From the NCBI GenBank assembly GCA_028534125.1, contig CM052817.1, forward strand, positions 54,314,001 through 54,378,000: DNA of 64,000 nt, given 5' to 3'. The translations under genes and the position numbers were made by a program. This document shows positions 51,701 through 64,000 of the stretch, one piece after another. Position 1 is the stretch's first letter. Each line of letters begins with the position of its first letter. The stretch comes from Lama glama (taxonomy: Eukaryota). Below the pieces are notes generated by a model. It had not been told where the DNA came from, searched no databases, and worked only from the letters and a program-made list of their open reading frames with translations.

Positions 51701-53029
51701 ACATTTCAATAAGGAGAACCTGACATTACACAAATGAGTTCTGTGAGAGTGTCCCTGACACAGCCTCAGAGTGATGCTGTATAAATTAATATTTATACTT
51801 ATGCTTTGATTGCAATATATGAAGTGTTACTTTAATGTTCTGAACAGTGATATACCACGGAACGTGACACATCACAGAAAACGGGGAAAAAAGACAGGGA
51901 GGCTGTAAAGAGTGGGAGAAAGACGAAGAACTTGTAATTTGTAATTTAAAATAATCATTTTCGTAATAATCTAATCACAAATAAATTGTATCACATATTC
52001 AAAAGCAAGCTAAATGTTCCATATGTAATGTGCTTATTATCATGAATGGAGAAAAGTGGACTCCAGTATGTGTGTGCACTAAAGTTATTTCAAAATATAT
52101 GATTACTCTAATGGTTACAGATTTTTGATTGCTCACTCAATAAACTACAAAAACAAAAGCCAACATCTGATTAAGTTATGGTCGCCTATAATAAATCATT
52201 GGAAGTCATTTATTTGGAAATGGAACCCTTTATAACCTTCCCTATTATTAAAACATACCAATCTAATAAGTTTAATTTTCAACACAGATACTGCTTTTCC
52301 CTTCCTGTCAAAATGTACAATGGGGTTTCTACTGAATACAAGTAATTAATTTTTAACTACAGAAGTAAAGAACTCCGCTATTTAAGGATTTAATTTTATT
52401 ATTATTTTTAATGTAGCGATGGTTGTCCTGATGGTTATTATTTGGCTGAATGAACTGAAGTACGGCTCCCCGGGCAGCTGCTGACATAATGACTGAATGT
52501 GTGCAGAGCTGAGAATGTGAATGATAAATTCTGAAAGGCTCTGGAATTCGTGAATAACAAAAGTAGCTACAGTTCCTAAAATCTAACCGTTTGTTCTCCA
52601 CAACAAAAGAAGACTCAAAGGCTTTTGTTTAATGAAATGATTCAAAAACAGGATACAGAGGAATTAGGGGTTATCTCTCCCAGCACAACACAGTGAGCAG
52701 CTTGTCCACCCAAGTAGATGGCTCACAAATGCAAGCTGGTTAACACGGTATAAATGGAATTAATCTGATTCTATCCCCCTTAATGTTATTATTGCTATTC
52801 TCACGACAGCTTTCTTAATATCTTCATGCTTTTGCCAAAAAAAAACCCAAAAAACAAAAAACAAAAAACACATAGATGTAGGAACCATTTAAATAACTTC
52901 TGCATGACAGCTTAATGATTAATTCCAGAATATTTAAGAATTAGAACACATACTCAAATTCGTCTGCAACAAAAGTGCCATAAATTACCAAAAATTTATT
53001 TTTTTTAAATTGCTGGAGTTCTTGGCTCT

Positions 53030-53175
53030 GATATGCACCAACTATGTGAGCTTGAGGAGCTGGTTCTTCTTACATGTTTTCATACGTGTAAAATGGCTAC
53101 TAGAAGGATTATACAAGATTCTACAAACAAAACACATAGCAGAAGGCCTGGCAACGGATAAGGTTTCTAACACTG
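53030..53175 (+). mobile_element. MIR fragment
   Basis: ccaactatgtgagcttgag..gttttcatacgtgtaaaatgg...ggcctggcaacggataagg. Confidence 0.6.
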
Positions 53176-53286
53176 GACGGTGCTGCTGCTGCTGGGAATA
53201 GTGGTATGAGTACCAAGGAGCATTCCAGAGGGCATCACCTTATTTAACCCTCACAAGAAACTCCTAAGTTAATTAAAGCAGACCCT

Positions 53287-53896
53287 TGAAGTGTAGCAGA
53301 GTATACACCTCAAAATACGACTACAGGAGTTCAGGACATCTCACCCCAAATGATGCTGCCGTGGAACGTGGGGTGCCCACGTGGAACACCGATGACTGGG
53401 AGCTGCAGGCCCAGCAAAACAGCCACTGCAGGGAGAGGCTTTCTCTGAACTTCCCTCATCTACAAAATGACAGACCCTCCAGGAAGAACTCAGTGTCATA
53501 AACCCCTTCCTGGGACTTCGATCATAAGGAAAGATCAACACTTGTCACAGAAGAGACCAGAAGTTGACACCACACCCAGACACTCTTTGTCACAAACTAT
53601 CATACCTCCTCCATCTGTCCTTCTAAAGGCCAATTCTTCTCTCCTAAAAATCCCCTGCTCTCCCCAGCATGCAGGCCTGCACCCCTAGCCTTTCTTTATG
53701 AGGGTGGTATTCAAGACAGAATTCTAAGCCACCTCAGGGAGTTACTACTCATTCTTCCTAAGTATCTCACATGGATGCACGAGGGATACATGTTAATAAA
53801 CTTCCTTTGTTTTTGTCTTGTTAACCTGCTTTCATTACAGGGGTCTCAGCTAAGAACTCAGAAGGGTAGAGGGAAAAATATTTTTTCTCCCCTGTA
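53287..53896 (+). mobile_element. ERV1 solo LTR, MER34 family
   Basis: Duplicated 5' motif (acctcaaaatacgac / caccccaaatgatgc); 3' end aataaacttc..ttgttaa..tacaggggtctcagctaagaactcagaagggtagagggaaaaata..cccctgta; near-TSD ccct/tcct. Confidence 0.85.
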
Positions 53897-54259
53897 TCCT
53901 CACATCAGAAATGAGAGAATGGAGTAATCTGACTGAGGTGAAAAAGACAAGGTTCTGCCTCACTCAAAAGCCCCCCTTTTCCCCAGGACTCATTTCCCCT
54001 GTGCCGTCAATGAAAGGGGTATGATTCCAGCAAAAAACAGAGGGAAGAAAATTCATCTGTTGGGAATAAAAACTGTACCCTAACACTCTACAAAAATTCA
54101 AGGTAGAAACTAAACACGCAGCAGACTTTTATCATCGCCATTAATAAATTAGAAGTTAACTTTCCATGTTTTTGTTTTTTCCTATAGGTTTGCAAGATAC
54201 ATATAAACATCCCCCTTCCACTGACAAAGGCTTGAAACATGTGATTTGGCATATATTAC

Positions 54260-54414
54260 CTAAGACATAGAGCCAGACTCATGAACTGACTCAGTGCGAT
54301 TGAAGGGACACCAAACACATCTCTGGTATCTCTTCAGTAATGGTCTCCAAGGTAGCCATTCAGAGGTCAGAATTATCCATTTCATCCAGGAAATAGAATA
54401 CAACAAACTGTTAC
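54260..54414 (-). other. Candidate internal non-coding exon, 155 nt
   Basis: Minus-strand acceptor ttgttgtgctctttgcatag|GTAAC and donor TAG|gtaata; unique sequence. Confidence 0.35.
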
Positions 54415-55899
54415 CTATGCAAAGAGCACAACAAGCAATATCAATTACAGTGCTGCACACTGATCCACTGTTTCTATGTTACTTATGGTCTCTTAAGGAG
54501 ACGTCGGGGGAATGTCAACTGCTACCAAACCGATCTTCCCTCTTTGAAATGCCTTGGCTAGAGTTTTCAAATCATATGAATGTATCAGATATACCAGCCT
54601 AATGCATCACTAACTACATAAATATAAGTAATGTAACTTTAAAGTAATGAGCTAAAGAATAGACATAAATTACATATTTGAGCACTGCTACTTTGACAAA
54701 GTAATATTTTATAAACATAATTTAACAAGCTTTGCTTTGTGTAAAGCAAGCTACTTACCTTTAGAAATACAGGTACACAAAATCGTACCTTATAATGATA
54801 ATTTATTTTGGAAATATGACAGTCTTCATTTCCAAATGAAGTTTCAAGTAAAGCCTTTTGTTATTTACACTTTCTCAAGACACTGTTTTGACATGAAGTA
54901 ATCTTGGTTTTCTGGGAAAAGGAGACCAAATAAATCCCTTAATTCTAATCCAGTGTATATCATCCTTACTGTGGATGGACTGTAAATCCTTAAGCAATTT
55001 ATCTACCAAAGCATAAAGCAAGGCACTCACTCCCGAATACTGATTTTTATTTCATATACCAACTGAATTTACAAATCTGCTGAAAGGCACACCAGGGTAT
55101 AAAAAGCTCCCTCGTGACCAGGTTTACATGAAAGGGCAATGAGTTTGTCTTTGTTGCCAGCCCCAGACTTGAAGTGAACCTGAGATGTGTTCTCAGCAAA
55201 GAGTCAGTCTACTTTCTGTTTCATTTCCTGGGATTCTCAACCTGTCACGTTCTGATCCTGATTTTTCATTGCGGCACTCAAGCCTCCCTCATCACATCGT
55301 TTGCCAAAGCAACAGAAGAAACAGTGTTATGAAGGTAACTTTGATTTTGTTTCTTATCAGAAAAATTAAATAGCCCCTATTTCACAGCATCCTTTGTGTA
55401 CTGCACATAGTAATTACACGCATCCATGCTATACAGCCACAAAAATCAGTCTATCTTAGATGAGAAGCTATGAAAACGTCCATTTAAGAACACATAACAT
55501 ACACTATCAAGTCCAGACTGGATGAAGTCTTCTTTTTTTCACCCTTATGCATTAAGCAGAGATCAATTGTGAGGTGTGAAAATATATGCAGCAAAATCAT
55601 AACAATTACTAACTTGCTTCATTACAAAAATTTCAGTACCTTTATTATTTGCTTTACATTTGTGATGTCTACATTTTATTAATCAAAAATAATTCATATA
55701 TATATTTAATTTGAAAATCAAAGAAGGAGCCTAGATTGAGACTTGAATGGTCATTAGTATTGAACAGTGGCCGAGGACACCAAATAGCGGTTCCACAGAA
55801 AAAGAAAGGGAGCTAACAAGGAACACCTATTCCCATATCTATAAGATGTTAAGCTACCTCTCACTCAAGGGCAGACTATTATTTTTAGATACCACTTTA

Positions 55900-56085
55900 T
55901 GAATCGTATTTCAAAACAAAAATTAGATGCCTCTGACTATAAGATAGAGCATAATTTTATGTACCATTAAGGAAAAAAACATGTTGCCAATTAAACTGAT
56001 AGAATATCAGATATTGTGATGCATCTATTTTCAGATATGTTAAAATATGAATGTAATACAGGCCTTAGAGTGGGTAAGTGACAGT
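55900..56085. mobile_element. Ancient TcMar-Tigger-type MITE
   Basis: cgtatttca..agatgcc..gactataaga..cataattttatgtaccattaagg..tgccaattaaact...gatgcatctattttcagatatgttaaaat..cttaga. Confidence 0.65.
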
Positions 56086-59000
56086 GTGTCCCAGTCGCTG
56101 TGCAAAACTCTTAAGTCCTTATCTTAGGTTCTTATCCCTAAAAAGCACAAGAGAGCTTTTCATACTTATAAAGTGAAGAAACTGGCAAAGAGAGATTTAG
56201 TTACTTGCTCCAGTAACACAACTAGGAAGATCAGAGCTAGGAATTAAAATTAATCCCACGCTGTTTGAATCCTCCTCAATGCTTACTACTTGCTAGATCT
56301 GAATTCTTAATTAACAGACTTAAAATTAGATTTGCTTATTAAACACTGAGTAAACAAATACTTGAGGCCAATAGAATATGATTCCCTATTTTGTCACTTT
56401 CTTCTAAGTATTATCCCCAGTGTAGCATTAATCAGAATATTCTTATCTGAGTCTATTAATTTCTGATTAATGAATGCAGATGTGACGCAAACACATAGGT
56501 AAGGTGTTTGCTACAGCACAACTGTGTATGCATATCATAACAAGTAAAGTAAGTCATAAGTCTAAATTCTGAGCACCTCAGCTATTTATATACTTCCATT
56601 TACAGGAAAAGGTAGAGTTTTGATATCATTGTGAGGAAACGAAAATAAATTCACCTGTCTGGGCAATGCTTTAAATCATATGGTTTGCAAGCGAATCAAG
56701 AAGGCTTTATTCAACAATCAAATGTAAGATAAACATAGCAGAAACCATGTCTTAGGGAGATCCCTCGATTACCAAAGTAATTAATTACCAACGTAATTAA
56801 GGAGAATTAATGGTTTAAAAGACAAAAGAGGAAGGGAATGCAACTATTCCCTCCACTCCAGACATCATCACTCTTCCTTCTGCAGAGTCAGCTCCGTGGT
56901 TTTATCCCCTCAGTATAAGTAGGGCTTGGGCTTGACTTTGGTGTCTTCCACTTCACAGAACCTCCAGCTGCTACATCATGTGTCTCAGCAGTTTGCCAAC
57001 TCTGTTTCCTGCTCACCCCTTGCTTTGCTGAAGCAAGTGTTCGGTGTCTGAGAACTAGCTATATTTGGGACTGTAATAGAGGCACCAGAGAAGGTTCACT
57101 GGAAGAGTCTGTGAAATCCCTCCTTACTGTTCTGTTGAGGCCTCAAATTGAACAGGTGATCCCAGGAAATGACAGGTCAGAAGATATAGTCAAGTCACTC
57201 AGGTACACATTTTGTTCAAATGAGTCTTGGTTGTGAGTCAAGAAGATTCTATTTACCTTCCCAGCAGTGCAATCTGAAGACCAGGAGCACGCTGAGAAAA
57301 GGCATCAAAGAGAATACAGAAAAGCATCTGAAGGTCTTCACCTTTGTGAACTAGATTATTTCCTGCCTTCCACCTACCTCCCGGCTTTCAGGATTTTCCC
57401 TCTTTGACTCCAGGTCTCTTATTTTGCTATTAACAAAGAAAAGCCCCCAGGCAGACCCTCTGCACTTGGATTCTTCATTCCAATAGCACCATGCACTCAC
57501 TGGAGCTATCACAGTCATGAGGGGACTATGCTACAGGCAGTCTTAGGATTCACAGGCTTTTTTTTTTTAATCTTCAAATTATGGATACACAGTTACACAC
57601 ACATGTATGTTTCCATATAAACAAAAGGTAATTACAGGCAATGATGCAACATTGCCATCTAGTTGAACAATAATCTGATTCCCAAACACTACCTGTGCCT
57701 TCCAGAAAACTACAGTCAATGTTAACAGTCTTATAAACTGTAACCTCAAAACTCCCGGAGATTGTTTTGTGTTATTATATGCCTTTTGCCATCAAATTTA
57801 GAGGACTTTCTCTTTGAACTAAATAAACTAGATTACATATTCCAGAATGATAATTTATACTTCAGTCACAATGAAAAATAAGAATATTTCAGTAAGCCCC
57901 ATAGGTAGTTTTAATTATAAGAGATTTTGGCTTCTCTATACATTATATCTGTTTATTTATTGAGATCAATGCTGACTTCAATATTAACTGTGGCTCTGTA
58001 CTTTTGACCCTACAAACTTTATACCAGTCAACGGACACTGGAGAAACACCGTTTCCATCTCATGTACTCTACTCTAACGGGGGCAACATTTGCTCCTCCT
58101 TTCTTAATTGCTTGACTCAAAAATTAACAGTGATTAAAACTCCAATTTTTAATGTCAGAGCCTAAAACTGCTGCTTTCAACGAAGAAAAGCAGTGTATTT
58201 TCAACTTGCAAAAAAAATTGTCCTACCATAAACAGTGTAAAGACTTAGCCTACAGAATGCAAATTAGATGTAAAGGAAACAAAATCTTCTCCTAAATAAT
58301 TTTAAAACGGTCATTATATTATTCTCATTATGTCTTCATGTTATATTCCTGTCTTGACAGCAGTGATTTTTTATATGCTGAAAATGACATAAGGGCAAAT
58401 AACATCTTTCATGAGAAGTTATTGTTTGGCCTCTGTATTAAACCATCCATTCATTTACTCAAATACACACACACACACGTATATGAACCCAAGTAAAATT
58501 TTAAGCCTTTGAAATTCAAAATAACTACAGCACAGTTGCTATTTACAAGGAAACACAGTGGCATGGACAATGATCTTTCTTTCACAACTTCTAAATTCCC
58601 CTTTTGGTCAAGATCAGTATTTTCACTAGTGTCCCTAAGTGACTTAAAGGAAAGGTAGCAGTCCATTTTTAAGAAATCAAGTATTCACATTTTTAAAAAG
58701 CTTATTCACTTATAACTTGTTGCATTATTTTTATTTAGAAATTTAACCTCTGGAGCTAAAAAAATAATAACGTGCTGCAGATTTACAACCGGGAAAACAG
58801 GAAATTAATCAATGGTCAATCAAGGTCCACCTCATTGTAAATAAAATCACATGTGAGGATGAAAATAATTTTATAGTCTTGTGTTCCTTAACATTATGTG
58901 TGCATGTCTGTGCATGTAAACATAGATAAATAAGGAGACAAAATATGTCAACACATTCATGTTTTAATTATGTGACAATGCCATAAAATTAGAATGCTGA

Positions 59001-59334
59001 ATTTGACAGGTAACTATTTTAATTTTTATTGGCAAAACCAGCTGTATGTTGCGATAATACATGAATGACAACTCCAAGAGGTCATCTATTCTAAATTAAT
59101 CTCCTTTAAATTTTGGGGGAAAATTACAAAAATTGTGACTGACTAGGATGGATATAGTCATGGAGCCTAATGAGTGTTCAGTCTTTTCATAAGTATAATC
59201 TAATATTCCATGGACACATGAAGACCCACAATGCTTCTTTAGTAATCAAAGGCGAGGTTTGTTTTGTCTATTTGTTCTCCATTTTTCAAAATATAATGTT
59301 AAGTATCACTTCTACAAGTTTCACAGATTAAATG

Positions 59335-59560
59335 ATGACAGCCACTAACAGTTCCTAAGTGCTTACCATATTTTAAGCAGTATGCTAAGTGCTTACATGG
59401 GTAATTTCATTAAATCTTCACAACATTCATTTTTATAGAAAAGTAATCTGAGGAACAAAGAGCTAAAGCAAGTGACCCAGGGTCACACAGCTCATAAGTG
59501 GTCAGCTGGGTTACTAGCCTGGACACTCTGTCCTCAAGTGTCCTATTACTATCTTACATT
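59335..59560 (-). mobile_element. MIR SINE
   Basis: aagtgcttaccat...tgctaagtgcttacatg..taaatcttcacaac..ctgagg..aagtgacccagggtcacacagctcataagtgg. Confidence 0.85.
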
Positions 59561-60567
59561 GTAGAAGAACCACTAAATTTGCCTTTATTCCTTTTTTTGT
59601 TTGTTTTTTAATTTCTCTAACCTGAACCAAAAATAACAATCATGGAGAAAATCTTTGGTATAGCAACATCCAAATATTTGCCTCGTTCAAAAGTTTCAAA
59701 AAGATTGGTTTAGAAGTTCTGATTCTGATAGCATGAGAAAAAAAAATTATTATGTTAGAACTTATCTCTAAATGGGTGCCTTACTCTCATATAAATTATG
59801 ACCATGCCATAAAGACAATCATTGCCATAATGTATATCTCTAGAATTGACTATGCAACATGTTCATTGTCTTCTAATGTTGGAAGTGACCAGCGAAACAA
59901 AATATTTATGTCATAATCATTTAAGTCTGGTACAATGATAAGCTTCTTATTAGCCAGAGATACAGTGAGAAAAAGAGAAAGGTGGGCGAAATGTTATAAG
60001 CAAACATCTCTCTGGGAAGACACTAATATTTTTTACGGGTGAAAACATATCTAAAGCATTTCTTGCTAATAGACTGCACTGGTCATATAATTTGAATGGA
60101 AAGATAGTGGTATCTGAGCCTATGAAAGGAGAAAAGCTTGGAAATCAGCAAATGAAAGGAAAACATGATGTGGCTATTTTAAATTACTAAATTTCCTCAG
60201 TTGTGCTACACCATGGAAAGGCATACCTCCATAACACATATCTAGGTATGTATCTTATTCCATGTGTATATATATGATCATTTTACTTTAATTTTTGCAT
60301 AATTTATTTTGACCCAGCCTGTTTTCATTATTAGCACCTTGGTTGAAGAAAGAAGCAAGGATAACAAGTTTAGCATAACCAATTTCCATTATATTAAATA
60401 TTTTATTAAAATGACACTATCCAAAGATTCAGAGCAATCAAAAAAGCATAAGAACTAAAGCAGAAAAAGTGGGTTTCATTACAAAGTCTTCAGTATGGGT
60501 TAGTCTCATACTTCCATGATTCTACATAAAACAAAAGAAGCTGTCTCTTACTTACTCTAAGCAACTA

Positions 60568-60755
60568 TGTGGCAGACATTGGCCATGCAGCTGTTCTCAG
60601 TCACATTCTACCTGGCACAGTCCCTGCTATGAGTGGTGAATACCCTGATGTTTATTTACACATCGGTCTTCAGCTAGGAATTATTATGTGCCCTAATTCT
60701 AGCTAAAGACTTGTAAGGGGGGTTTGCTGGGTAACTTTAAAAATTATTTGTTCTT
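60568..60755 (+). mobile_element. Old MaLR (MLT1-type) LTR 5' fragment
   Basis: tgtggcagacattgg...cagctagg..atgtgccctaattctagc..tgtaagggggg.ttgctggg. Confidence 0.55.
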
Positions 60756-60872
60756 GTAATGAGCCGTAATGGAAAATAATCTGAAATATATGAGTATATT
60801 GCATATGTATAACTGAATTGTTTTGCTGTACAAATGAAACATTGTAAATCAACTACACTTCAATAAAAAATA
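60756..60872 (+). mobile_element. Cetartiodactyl-type L1 extreme 3' end
   Basis: taatggaaaataatctgaaa..tatgtataactgaat..tttgctgtaca..acattgtaaatcaactacacttcaataaaaaa. Confidence 0.85.
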
Positions 60873-63800
60873 TATCTCAACCATTAACCATTTAAACAAT
60901 TTATTCTAGCTTACTAAAGTTATGTAAGATAGGTATTATTCCTCAAGGATAGGTTTTTCTCAAGTTACCAAAACATCTGAATCCAAATCCTATAATATCA
61001 ATTTCTCCTGTAGAGGTACAGCTATAAAGAGCACCTTTGAAAAAAATGCCACACAAGCATGGCGCCAAATTTCTATGCTTCTGATTACCATTCAGAAAGC
61101 TGCTTATAGAATTATTGTCGTTTAATGAATGTACACAAAACAGTAATATTTATTCAAACAATCATTTTTCTACAATACAGAATAAAACAGTAAGTTAAAT
61201 TGCCTCTAGTCCGTTAGAATGGACATTTTTACTTACCAGGTAATTTTTTTAATGTTTCAAGAGAGTATTAAAGTTATCCTCACCAGACAGGTATAATGCA
61301 TTAAAATGAAAACGTCAATATACTGGAACAGGATGTGTCACCTTAACAACATCATCAAACGTATTTATACTCTTGGTGCAGGGCCATAGCACAGAAGATG
61401 ACTGCGTTAGTAGCTGTCTATTACTAAAATCCTAAGATGTTCAAGAAGGCAAATGGTCATCAAAATGCAACTTCTATACCACTACACTTCTACAGGATGA
61501 CTGCAAGATCCACAAATATTTTGTGCTTGGGCTGTTTCTACCTTGGTGCATTAAAATGTATTTTCTACTCAAGACAGAAAATATGGTCTTTTCTACATAT
61601 GGAAAATCCCTTCTAAAAAGAGCCCCGTATCTGTTGGTGATATTCAATCATTAAACATGAGTCAGGGAAAGTAAAGTTGGACCTGTTTATCTTCTCATAA
61701 ATTGACTTTAATGATTACTAAAGAATACAGACATCTTGTTTAACAAAAATAAGAGGGTAAAATTTAAAAAGAAGGAAATGTGCATAAAACTAGTGACCTC
61801 TGTTTAAAAAGAAAAATTATAGATTTTATAACTTTGAAAGAAATATTATCCCCAACATTGTACACCTAAAAGAGAGTGTGTGTATGTATGTGTGGATAGA
61901 ATTTTGGCGGTTTTTTCCCCTTTTGTTATTCAAATTAGGACTTCTAGAAAGAATATATCATTTAAAAAAATCAATGAATATGATGAATTTACATAAGAAT
62001 TTACAACCATCCGCAAGGTTTATCTGGGCATACAAAGGAGGGAAAAATTCATGTTGCACTGAATATTTTATTTTCTATTTGCATAGTTTCCCAATTCATT
62101 TGTTGAATATATAATTCAATCAATCGCCTTAGTTATACAGATACCATCTTATGTGTCAGACTGAATTTATCTTCTCTCATTTAATGACTTTTGTCATCAT
62201 CTGAAATGCTCTAAAGTATTCTAGAAAATACTTTTCAATTTGACTTCCAAAAGAAGATGATTGTCAAAAATCAAACATTGTTTAAAAATTTCATTGCCAA
62301 AGCCAGCTGGCTTTCATAACAAAGTGAAAAATCTTAACTGCTGTAAACAGCACTAAATAAGGGACTCTATACTGCAATCAAAAAACAAATTTCATTGTTT
62401 TGTTCACGAGGATGACATGAATTTGGCACTGCAATCCATGTGAAATATTCCATGGGTTCACATATTTGAGCCAAAAAGATAAATCAAGTTTCAAATAATT
62501 GTATTCTTAAAAACACACTATATATCCCCATGCCAAGATGCTGTGAAATAGTTGACCACAAAGGGGATTAATTTTACTGCAGAATAAATCAAAGTATTTT
62601 AATATATTTAGGATTTTGTTTCTTTTCTTTTTTTTTTTTTTTAAGGATTCTGAGGGAATTAAACACCCTTCTGCAGTTCTCCTATGCATGAGCTGGAGGA
62701 AAGAAGAAAAAGGAAAAGGAAAGGCAAAGTAGAAGCCCAAGTCAAAGCTGTCAGGCAGGCAAAGCAAATGATTGCTTTAATCTCCTAAGAGGGACCAGCC
62801 CGCTCTCCATTCTTAATGGTACAATATTAATGAATTCAAGTTCACCGCAGGGTAAGGGGAGCACCAAAAGGACAAAGCATTTCACAGAACCCACAACAAT
62901 CTCTAGCAGAGCACCAGGCTCCAAACTGGCTTCTTTTAAACCTCTAACTAAGGCAAGAATAGATTAAAAGTGAGGTTAGAGAACACATGTTTTCCATTGT
63001 TTACAACAGTGAATGTCCTGCTTCACCACCCCTTTACCAAGTGGCCCAGGAGAGCACCTAGCAAGACACTGACATTGGTTTTGCAAAATGTGACTGTGGG
63101 ACAACGCTGCTCAATGAAAATCCAAACACCTGAGAGATTTAGTCAATGGACTTATGGGCAATCTAGGTGCATAGTCAAGAAAACTGAAAAAAAGTGCTGA
63201 TAAACACTTTATGTTTTAGAAAATATATTTTGTCAAGTTTAACATCAGGAAAATTACTTATTTCTAGCTACTGACAAATAAATTGTAAGAATTATACACA
63301 TCTACCCCTCACTGTGTGTGTGAGAGTGATACATATATCTCACCTGAAACTCAGCAGTTACCTCAGGGATGAGAACCATGTAGCTCAGCTCTTCCATATA
63401 TTGATCAATATTCTGCATTTTTAATTAGTAAGAGAAGCTCAATTTTTAAAGGTTGATTTAATCAATGCAGGTGGTAAATTATTCTGTTGTAATTAACATC
63501 TAGAGACGTGGTCTTTTTCTATGTGGTATCCCACTTGGTTAAAGCATTATATTAAATAAAGCCAGGGTCATATTTCTTTCTCTACACATTAAGCACTTTC
63601 TCTTTCATTGCTAGAAATCATACCCATCTACCTGTAGCCAACCATCTCACAAATTCCTATTTTTTAACATTAAGATCATTAAATAATTATTGAAAGATTA
63701 AACAAAGCCATTGGTAAAATGCACACAAAAAAATACAGAGAACTAAAAGAGGAAGGCTAACTTGAAGGAGAAAGGAGGAAGGGACAGAAGGGAGGAAGGA

Positions 63801-64000
63801 AAGGAAACACGAACAGTTCACATATGCTGATGCCTTTTTCAGTTTTATTTCCCACCACACCACAATATGGTGCAATTTCACCATTTGTTTAGGTGTTTTA
63901 AGGAAAGCACACATTCTTTCAAGGGGAATTCTTCCATTGCCCAATATGATCATGAATATCCCAATTCTGAAATTTTGAACAGATCCCTCCAATTACTTTT

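Larger units (their letters stand above)
1..64000 (-). other. Probable intronic region of a large, unidentified minus-strand gene
   Basis: Visual A>T and C>G excess on + (T/G-rich sense strand is typical of mammalian introns). Most L1 and LTR fragments are + oriented. The best-formed acceptor/donor pairs are on the minus strand. This is inference; no known exon was recognised. Confidence 0.6.

Noticed and set aside
53286..53688. Three overlapping ORFs
   Set aside because: Inside the MER34-family LTR.
1..64000. CRISPR array, prokaryotic operon or defence system, rRNA, snoRNA/miRNA hairpin, processed pseudogene, numt
   Set aside because: The sequence is mammalian. I recognised no regularly spaced repeats, long ORFs, or matches to such families by eye; small RNAs cannot be excluded without an Infernal/Rfam scan.

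Overview
AT-rich, CpG-depleted mammalian DNA, most likely camelid: it has two tRNA-Ala-derived vic-1-type SINEs and cetartiodactyl-type L1 3' ends, and I recognised no Alu, B1, Bov-A/BovB, PRE1 or Can-SINE. No recognisable protein-coding exon is present, and nearly all ORFs in the track look like chance ORFs or repeat remnants. Plus-strand A>T/C>G skew (judged by eye), mostly plus-oriented L1/LTR elements and the best splice signals lying on the minus strand suggest the window sits inside long intron(s) of a large minus-strand gene that I cannot name. Interspersed repeats include MIR, L2, L3/CR1, L1, MaLR/ERVL/ERV1 LTRs, hAT and Tigger-type MITEs, and microsatellites. Between them are several unique CpG-retaining patches with splice or transcription-factor motifs: candidate UTR exons at 36741-36975 and 54260-54414, and candidate internal promoters, first exons or enhancers near 15.4, 17.7-19.0, 26.7, 43.6, 46.8 and 52.5 kb. 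I found no convincing new biological system. The best leads are a possible set of alternative first exons, possible recursive (AG|GT) splice sites and an inverted L1 pair. Repeat names come from recalled consensus sequences, and boundaries are approximate unless a target-site duplication (TSD) is given.
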